Assembly: GCF_009914755.1 (NCBI RefSeq)
Contig: NC_060934.1
Direction: 5' to 3' (one strand)
DNA length: 64,000 bases
Source of the DNA: the human T2T-CHM13v2.0 reference genome, Homo sapiens
The position numbers and the translations under genes are program-made. This document shows, piece by piece, positions 55,215 to 64,000 of this stretch. The notes below the pieces were generated by a model. The model was not told the DNA's origin. It worked only from the letters and a program-made list of their open reading frames with translations, and searched no databases. Position 1 is the first letter of the stretch, and every line of letters starts with the position of its first letter.

Positions 55215-55815
55215 AGAGAAGCAACATGCCTTCCTTTCAGAAGAATTCCTAACCATGTATGTAGACGCTCCCGGCTTCAGGAAGTGGAGCTGAATCCTCT
55301 CCCCTCTTCAGGGTGGGCTGGACTTAGTGACTCACTTCCCAAAGAATAGAGGAAAAAGGAAAAAACAGTAACTCTATCGGGGAGGGACCTGGCAGACACC
55401 ACCTTAACCCCGTGTTCGAGGTTTACTCATCTGCACTTGGTTATGTGGATGTCGGCGCCCCTGATGGGTTGTGAGGAGGCGAGCACTTCACCTCCCTGGT
55501 AGCCTCCCCCAAAACAAGTATCTCCAGTTTAATTATTAGAAGAAAGTCAGACAGGCCAAGTGAAAGGACATTCTACAAATACCACAGGAGTACACTTCAA
55601 CACTGTCAAAGTTATAAATCAAAGTGGTGCCTGAGGCTCTGGCACAGGCTGGGGTTTCAGAAGGTTTGATGGCTTCATGAAACGTGGGGTCCTGAGCTGG
55701 ATCCCAGGGCAGCAAAAGGACATTATGGAAATGGGGAAATCCCAATATGTCTTTAGTTTGGTCGTGTTGTGTGAGTTTTAATGTCTCAGTTTTGATAGAT
55801 GCATTCCTACATGGG
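55215..55815 (+). mobile_element. L1MC/MD-like 3' UTR fragment
   Basis: GTGGGCTGGACTTAGTGACTCACTTCC, GGACATTCTACAAATA, GTCCTGAGCTGGATCC...AAAAGGACATTA. Confidence 0.7.
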
Positions 55816-55819
55816 AGAC

Positions 55820-56460
55820 GTCATGGTGGTTAATTTTAGGGGTCATCTAGGCTGGACAGCAGAGTGCCCCCACATTTGGTCAGACGTGACTCTAGGTGTG
55901 TCTATGAGGGTCCTGGGTGAGAGGAATGTCTGAAATGGTGAACGGAGTGAAGTCAATGCCGTCCCCAGCGTGAGTGGCCTCATCCAGTCAGCTGATGGCC
56001 TGAGGAGAATGAAAGGCAAGCCTTACCGTAAGTAAAGGGGAGCTCCATCTGCCATCATGACCGCCTTTGAGCTAAGACAATGGGGACTTTTCTGCCTGCA
56101 GACTGGAAATGAAGCATGAGCTCTTCCTGGCTCTCAAGCCTGCCGACGGATAAACTTTAACTACACCACCCACTCTCCTGGGTCTCCAGCCTGCTCAGTC
56201 ACCCTGTGGGTCTTGGAACTTGCTAGCCTCTGTAACCACACGAGCTAATTCCTTATAATCTCTCTCTCCTCTCTCTCTCTCCCTCTCTCTCTCTAGATAT
56301 ATATCTATACAGATATACTTATAGATCTGGATATTTACATATATCTATATATAGATGTATATATAGAGAGAAAGAGGGAGAGAGAGAGAGATATCCAGAA
56401 TTCTCTCCCTGGTTCTCTGGAACAAGATTGGTTCCAGAGAAACAGAACCAATAGGGTGTG
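55820..56460 (+). mobile_element. MLT2 (ERVL) LTR with inverted 3' end
   Basis: TGGTTAATTTTAG...GGCCTCATCCAGTCAGCTGATGGCCTGA...TTCCTTATAAT, then a (TC)/(TA) tract; terminal CCTATTGGTTCTGTTTCTCTGGA is on the minus strand at ~56434-56456. Confidence 0.8.
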
Positions 56461-56462
56461 TA

Positions 56463-56497
<35 letters not shown>

Positions 56498-56659
56498 TTA
56501 TATATACAAATACACAGAAACACACAGAAACTGTACATATATAAAGAAATACACAGAAACTCTCTCTCTCTCCCTCTCTCTCCCTAGAGAGATATATCCA
56601 GAATTCATTCATTCATTTTCTCTCTCTCTCTCTCCATATATATATATATATATATAACT

Positions 56660-59600
56660 TCAGGGAATGAAAGATAAAGAAAACAAATCTTAAAAATAAC
56701 CAGAGAGAAACAATGTACTACCCAAAGGGAGAGAGAAACACAATTGCAAGAACAGTGGATTTCTCATCAGAAACTGTGAAGGCTGAAGGAAGTGGCACAA
56801 TATTTTTCAAGTGCTGAAAAGAAAGAACTGTCAATCCAGAATTCTATATCCGAAGAGATATACTTCAGGAATAAAGTAGAAGTCTAGACATTCTCAGTTG
56901 AAGAAATGCTACGACAGTTTGTCACCAATAATTCCACACTAAAAGAAAGACTACAGGAAGTTCTCTAAACAGAAACAAAATGATTAAAAAATAAGAATCT
57001 TGGAACGTCAGGGTGCAAGACAAATAGAACAAACAAATGGACAAATATAATAGATTACCCTTTTCCTTTTAAGTTTTCTGAATTATGCTTGATTCTTAAA
57101 GAAAAACAATAGCACTGTATGATGTGTTTCACAAGGCATGTAGAGGAACTATTTCAGGTGATCACATTATAAATGGAGGAGAAAAAAGAAATAAAGGGAA
57201 GGAAGATTTGTGCACTTCACTGCTTGACTAGGTAAAACACTGACAAGAGTAGACTATGATTGTCCCTTCATCTATCTTTCTATATCTTATAATTGTCACA
57301 ATCTTATGGTAATATAGCTTAAATTATATATATATATATTTAAAATACTTATACAGATGGTCCCTGGCTTACAATGGATGGGCTCACAATTTGTTGGCTT
57401 TATAATGGGTTTATCGGGATGTAATTCCATTGTAAATTGAGGAGCATCTGGACTTACGGTGGTTCAACTCATGATTTGTCAACTTTGCGATGGGTTTATT
57501 AGGATATTAAATGCATTTTTAACTTAAAATATTTTCAACTTACAATTGGTTTATCGGGACATAACCCCATAGTAAGCTGAGGAACATCTGTATATATTAT
57601 ATGTAATATGTATATAAAATATACACAGACACACACACACATGTATCACCAGATAAATATATACTTAAGATATATGTGTGTATGTGCGTGTGTATATAAA
57701 TACACACACATTATCTACTAATATATAGAGCAATCCCTGAAAGTCCTATACAAAGAGATACAATCAAAAACATTGTAAAAATACTAAACTGGAACTTGAA
57801 ACACGTTTTAAAACTGACAGAATAAAGACAACAGAGAAATTTTAAAAATAGAACAGTAAACACACAAAAAAGAGCAGATTTGTGCCATAAAATATCAATA
57901 GTTATATTAAATCCAAATGGTTTAAATATACTAATTAAAAGACAAAGAGTATCACAGTGAATTTTTTAAAAAAAGAAAACATGATCCAAATATAAACTAT
58001 CCACAAGAAGCTCACTTGATATAAAATGGTATATACAAGTTGGAAGTAAAAGGATGGAAAAAAATATACCATGAAAGCATTAAACAAAAGGAAGCAGTAA
58101 TGGTTATATTTATATCAGATAAAATAGATGTTTTATTAAAGAAAATTACTAGAGACAGAGAAGAACATTGTATAATAAGAGGGTCAATCCAGCAAGAAAA
58201 CATTGCTAAATGTGTATATACCAAAGAATAGAAATTCAAAATATCTGAAGCAAAACTGATAGAACTGAAAGAGAAATAGATACATCCATACTTAACAGTT
58301 GGAGACTGCCGCACCGTGCTCCCCACAAGTGATAGAAAATCAGTAAGGATAGAAAACTCAACAATATCATCAACCAACAGGATCTAATCAATGTTTATAG
58401 ACCATTCCACCCAACGACAGCAGGTAAACAATCTTTACAAGTGCCCAGGGAACCAAGACCAAGATAGGCCATATGCTGGCCCACAACCATCTTGAGAAAA
58501 TTCGAAAGAATTGGAGCCATGCACATTGTCTTTTTCTACCACAATAGAATCAACTACAGCCAATAACAGAATGAAAGGAAGGATCTCTCCAAACACTTAG
58601 AAGCTAAGCCACAAACTTCTAAATAACCCACAGGTTAAAGGGAAAGTTTTAGGGAAAATTTTTAAAAGTATATCAAACTAAATAAGAATTAAAATACAGC
58701 ATATCAAAATGTGTAGGTAGCAGGTAAAGCAACACTGGGAGGGAAATGCATAGCACAAAATACTCACATTAGAAAGAAGGTAATCTCCCAAATCAATCAT
58801 CTAAGCTCCCCTCTCAAAAAAGGAAAAAGTAACAAAATAAACCCAAAGCAAGCAGAAGGAAAAAATAATAATAATGAAGTTCAGAAGTCAATGAAATTGA
58901 AAACAAACACATACCATACAGAACGCCAATGGACAAAAAACTTGATTCTCTATAAAGATCAATACAATGGACATACCTCCAACAAGACTAAGGCAATTAA
59001 AAGAGAGAAGACACAAATCACCAATACAAGGAAAGAAATAGGAAATGCACTGTGATCTTGCAGATACAAAAGGAAAATAATAGAATATCACAAGCCGCCA
59101 TTCTAAAGACTTAAATCTGTCCCATTCTATCAAATAAAGGAATTCTTTGAAAAGTACAAACTACCCAACTCACCCAATATGTAATGGATAATTTGAATAG
59201 CCCTATAGCGATTCTGGAAATTGAATTCATAACTGAGGCCTAGACGTTTCACTGCAAAATTCTAGTAGATGGTTATAGCGCAGGTAACCCAAAGTCTATG
59301 CAATATCCTCCAGAAACTAGGAGAGGGAAACCTTCTCAACTGATTTATGAAGCCAGTATCAGCCTGATGCTAAAACCATGTGATATCACAGAATTCTGCA
59401 GTGAAACCATCTAGGCCTCAAGACTTTTTATGTGAAATTTTAATATTATGAATTCAATTTCCAGAATAATTATAGGACTATTTAACACAAAACAATGAAA
59501 CTGTCGATCACAATCTCATGAATATAAATGGAAATATTCTTAACAAAATATCAACAAATAAAGTTCAGTAATAAATTAAAAATAATTATACACTATGAGC

Positions 59601-60030
59601 AAGTGGGGTTTATTCCAGGTATGCAGGGCTATCTCAATATTAGAAATCAATCAACACAATATACCATATCAACAGACTGAAGAAGAACAATCACATGATT
59701 ATATGAACTCTTGTAGAGAAAGCATTTGACAAAATGCACACCCATTAATAACAAGATTTTCAGAAAGATAGGAATAGTGGAGAACTTTCTCAACTTGATA
59801 AAGAACATCTATCCACAGCTGAAATCGTACTTAATGATAAAAGACTGACTGCATCCGTCCCCTCTGACAACTCCTATTCAATCTAAGGTGGGGTGTTTCA
59901 GCCAGCACAATGGTCAAGAAAAGAAAATAAAGGCCTGCAGATTGGAAAGCAAGAAATAAAATTGTTCCCATTTGCAGATGGCATAATTATCTATGTAGAA
60001 ATCACAAAGACTAAAAAAAGCAAGAAAATG
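56660..60030 (+). mobile_element. Decayed old L1 (L1M-type): ORF1 end, spacer, ORF2 EN to RT
   Basis: Fragments VKGWKKIYH...IFISDKID...RGSIQQENI (endonuclease, 58040) and KGLQIGKQEIKLFPFADGIIIYVE (RT, FADD changed to FADG, ~59930-60000); many stops and frameshifts. Confidence 0.9.
57354..57590 (-). mobile_element. Tigger4a (MER46/Zombi) MITE, TcMar DNA transposon
   Basis: TA|CAGATGGTCC...GGAACATCTG|TA, 237 bp, with terminal inverted repeats and GGTTTATCGGGACATAACCCCAT. Confidence 0.88.
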
Positions 60031-60396
60031 TCTCAAATGCCTGGCGTTGTCATCACTCTGCCTCCATTTCACGTGGGTGACAGGTTCATGGCACTATTTT
60101 TGCAACAAATGGAGATGGGTGAAAGTTGCATTTTAACATTACAGAAGCCCCGTTCACTTCAAACAAGGCAAGTGAGGACCAGGCACCTGCATGCGTCCTG
60201 GCCCCTGGTTCTCCGCCTGCACCTTCCCTGTTGACTCTCCATTCAGGGCAAAGTCGGCCATGGCCACAGGTCTTCTCTGGCCAGTGACCTTGCACACAGC
60301 TGTCCCACAAGTCACTGTTGTTAGCATTCGGGGACAGCTGTGTTTGTGTTGTGCCAAGGCAGTCACCAGGAACAGTGTTGGCCTGGACTTCCTGCA

Positions 60397-60530
60397 GGAA
60401 AGGAAAGAGGAAGGAAGGAAGAGAGAGAGGGAGGGAGGGAAAGAGGAAGGAAGGAAGGAAGGAAGGAAGGAAGGAAGGAAGGAAGGAAGGAAGGGAGAGA
60501 GAACAGAAAAAAGAAAGAATAAGAAAGCAA
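60397..60530. repeat. (GGAA)n purine-rich microsatellite
   Basis: About 12 consecutive GGAA units plus GA-rich flanks. Confidence 0.95.
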
Positions 60531-60819
60531 GTGAACAGTCAGTAATGCCACCAATAGATGTCTTAAAGTCTGGAAAAAAGATATTAATCTGCCTAGAAAT
60601 AAGGCCTTTGGACAGATTTATGGACATAAAAAGCAGCTATAATTTATACAAAGCAGCTGTAATTTAGAAAGGGGCTAGCTGTCTTAACAAAGTTATACAC
60701 CCTTTCAAGCTTGAAAAAGGCTGGATTAAGATCTAGACTGACGCCACAGATGCAGGAAGATGAGCTGTTAACACAGAGCCCCTGCCTTATGGGAGAGGTG
60801 AGGAGAGCAAGGGCACGCC

Positions 60820-61312
60820 AGCTCCTGCCCCGCTGTCACTCATTCCCACGCCACAGGCTTGGTGGCCTCAGAACACACAGATTCATCAGTCAGCTCTCAG
60901 GTCTGGAGCTCAGAGTCCAAAATGGGCCTCGCTGGGCTCCCATGGAGGTGTCAGCAGGGTTCCCTCTGGATGCTCTGGAGAAGTTGTTTCCTCATCTCTT
61001 CCAACCCCTGGAGCTGCCTGCTGTCCTTGGTCCATGCCCTCCATCATCACAGCTGGCAAAGGCAGGCAGAGTCCTCCTAATGCCACATCTCTGGTTTTCC
61101 TTTTCTGCCTCCTTCTTCCCAGTTTCAGGGCCCCTGTGATTACACTGGGCCCTACTGGATCATCCTGATGATCTTCTCAGCTTAAGGTCAGCTAATGAGC
61201 AAACTTACTCCATCTGCAACTTGAATTCCCTTTGCCAGGTAAGGTAATGTCTTTACAGGTTCTTTGGATCAGGACATGGATATCCTTGAGGGGCGTCACT
61301 CTGTGACCGCAC
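60820..61312 (-). mobile_element. MLT1D-like MaLR LTR
   Basis: GTGATTACACTGGGCCC...TTAAGGTCAGCT...CCATCTGCAACTT..TTCCCTTTGCCA...AGGACATGGATATC. Confidence 0.8.
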
Positions 61313-61494
61313 TGGCCCTGTCAAGAAACACTGCTGGAGGCATGTCCTCAGGGCCCGGCATCTCGGGCTTTCCCTCCCCCGTGGGTAGCCACACCTCTGG
61401 GCAGGCTGCTGCAGGCAGACAGGTTTTATGTTGCATGACACACACGTAACGTGCGCCCTGCGTGCCTGCGTGGCCTCAAGCACGAAGTCTCAGT

Positions 61495-61600
61495 AGCAAC
61501 CTCCTAGGGGACACGGTGCATATTCCCATTTTACAGATGAGGAAAGTATGGCTCAGAGAGGATGCTTAACCTGTTCACACCGCTCAGGTGGGACTCACCT
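61495..61600 (-). mobile_element. MIR fragment
   Basis: CCCATTTTACAGATGAGGAAAGTATGGCTCAGAGAGG. Confidence 0.75.
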
Positions 61601-62316
61601 CAGGCCTCTTCTGTAAACTGACTGGAAACGGTACATGGAAATGTGGAACGTGTGTTTCCAAGGTGATAAGCAGCACAGAGCAGGGCCTCAGCCCAGATGG
61701 CTGTAACAGCAGACGCCCTGATCAGCCCAGCCAAGAGGAGCAGGATTCCCCACTACCCCAATGCCCTGGCTATCCCTGCAGGGCTTCCGAGGATGGCTAA
61801 GCACGAAGTGCAAACTTACCTCCCTTGCTACTCCAGGTCACCCAGACCTGGGTCCCATCTCTTATGTCACAGAGACATAGGAGAACAGGGAACAGGGAAC
61901 AAACAGCATGCTTTACAACAAGAAGTCACCACCTTCCCTGTCCATTCTGCAGAAGGCTGTGCACAGAGGCACATCTGCCTGAGCTACGGTCCCAGCTTGG
62001 CCTCGGCAGGCTCATCTGGTGAGGGCAGGTGACAGATCACGGAGCAGGGAGGCCTCCATAGAACTGGAGAGAGCAGTGTATACTTGATCTGGGAGGTGCA
62101 GGAGGGAGAACATGCTGGACTCTGCCAGAGGTGGCTGGTGAAGCTGAGGGGCAGTGAGCTGGGATGCAGGGTCTAGGGTACTAGGCAGCGCAGCACTCCT
62201 GCCAGGCCAGGAGCTGGGAGCAAGCCTCAGCCAGGAGACAGGAGCATGGCTTCTGGAATGATGCTGCGGCTTCCTTAGGTCATCCAGGTGAGTGACAGGG
62301 AAGGGTTTTGCTTCAG

Positions 62317-63237
62317 GGTTCGGGATTCAGGGTGCACAGTTGTTAGGGGATGGGAATTTGGGGCACAATTGATAGGGGATGGAATTTCAGGATGCACAGA
62401 GGTTAGGGGTTGGGGATTCAGGATGCACAGTTGTTAGGGATTTAGGATTCAGGATGCACAGTTGATAGGGGATGAGAATTCGGGATGCACAGTTGATAGG
62501 GGATGAGAATTCGGGATGCACAGTTGATAGGGGATGAGAATTCGGGATGCACAGTTGATAGGGGATGGGAACTTGGGATGCACAGTTGATAGGGGATGAG
62601 AATTCGGGATGCACAGTTGATAGGGGATGGGAACTTGGGATGCACAGTTGATAGGGGATGGGAATTCGGGATGCACAGTTGATAGGGGATGGGAACTCGG
62701 GATGCAGAGTTGATAGGGGATGAGAATTCGGGATGCACAGTTGATAGGGGATGGGAACTCGGGATGCACAGTTGATAGGGGATGAGAATTCGGGATGCAC
62801 AGTTGATAGGGGATGGGAACTCGGGATGCACAGTTGATAGGGGATGAGAATTCGGGATGCACAGTTGATAGGGGATGGGAACTTGGGATGCACAGTTGAT
62901 AGGGGATGGGAATTTGGGATGCACAGTTGATAGGGATTGGGGATTTCAGATGCACAGTTGTTAGGGATTGGGGATTTGGGATGCACAGATGTTAGGGGTT
63001 TGGGATTCAGGATGCACAGTTGATAGGGGATGGGAATTTGGGATACACAGTTGATAGGGGATGGGATTTCAGGATGCACAGATGTTAGGGGTTCAGGATT
63101 CAGGATGCACAGTTGATAGGGATTGGCGATTCTGGATGCACAGTTGTTAGGGGTTTGAGATTCAGGATGCACAGTTGTTAGGGGATGGGAATTCAGGATG
63201 CACAGTTGATAGGGGTTCCGGATTTGGGATGCACAGC
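62317..63237. repeat. Minisatellite, ~30 x 31 bp
   Basis: Unit GGGATGCACAGTTGATAGGGGATG(A/G)GAA(T/C)T(C/T); homogeneous centre and diverged edges. Confidence 0.97.
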
Positions 63238-64000
63238 TGTGAAAATCTTTGGCTTTTGTTGCTGAGAACAAAGGTGTGAAAATGGAAGTGCCTCCTCTGC
63301 AGGGCTGAGGATGATCCTGGGAGGGTGGGGCCTCTGGGAATGACGGGAAAGTGACCCATCTGGGAGTTGTGGCCAAGAGCGGGGAGAAAGAGTTCAGACA
63401 TGGGTTCAGGGCCAGGCGAGGTGTGTGCAGGTGGAAGGTACCCAGGGCCCTTGGTCTGGGAGTGCAAAGGCCCCTCTAGGCAGTGACAAGGAGCCCCTGA
63501 TGCAGGGTCTTGGCCCCCGACAACTGTGCCTGCAGTCTGGCACCCCTGGGGAGTGACCTCTGCTTGCCCAGTGCAGTTGTGCCCCAGCACTGTGTCTGCC
63601 GTTCACCTACACATTTCAGTGGATTGGGAGGGGCTATGCTAGGCTGAGGTCAGCAGGGCTCATGCTAGGGCCCCTGAGTCCTGTGGGAGCCTGAGGCCCC
63701 CGGGACAGAGCAGGGGTCCCTCTCATTCTCTCACTAGCCTGCTCTCCTCTGGCCCTGTCTGGGTGGAGCTGGTTCCTGCCTCCCAAGGCTGCAGGGCTGC
63801 CCCTGTCTGGGGTGCTTAGGAGAAATAGTACTCATGTAAATATGTGTTCATCAGAACGCTGGCAGGGTGAAGCCTGCAGATTCCTCCAGGGTAGGTGTTG
63901 AGAAAGGCAGCATCCTGGGAGGTGGCAGAAGTGAGAATAAGGAGTCATTCTTGTCCCTGCAGGCAAGAGGAGCTTTCAGGTCAGCCTCGTCCTGCAGAAT

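Noticed and set aside
56660-60030. Active L1 or novel reverse-transcriptase system
   Set aside because: Heavily mutated, catalytic FADD reads FADG, truncated and interrupted by a MITE.
62387-63376. 329-aa ORF and overlapping 160/168-aa ORFs
   Set aside because: Translation of the 31-bp VNTR; the same peptides cycle through all three frames.

Overview
Primate, most likely human, genomic DNA: it contains AluJ/S/Y, MaLR and MER4-group LTRs, and old L1/L2/MIR fragments. It reads as intergenic or deep intronic. I can support no protein-coding exon, RNA gene or CpG-island promoter; the long ORFs arise from tandem repeats, Alus or chance. Main content: 9 near-full Alus plus a monomer, a full-length MST (MaLR) provirus with a perfect 5-bp TSD, several solo LTRs (one nested), a decayed 3.4-kb L1 carrying a Tigger4a MITE, about 8 minisatellites, and several AT-rich unique islands with homeobox, nuclear-receptor or POU motifs (candidate enhancers). 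I did not find a convincing previously undescribed biological system. The best observations are mechanistic: an expansion and a deletion of the same 16-bp unit in two neighbouring Alus, PRDM9-type motifs in a 20-bp repeat, a 13x45-bp array born inside an LTR, two fold-back rearrangements, and a triple TSD. Subfamily names come from my recall of consensus sequences and need RepeatMasker/Dfam confirmation. The chromosomal location was not identified.
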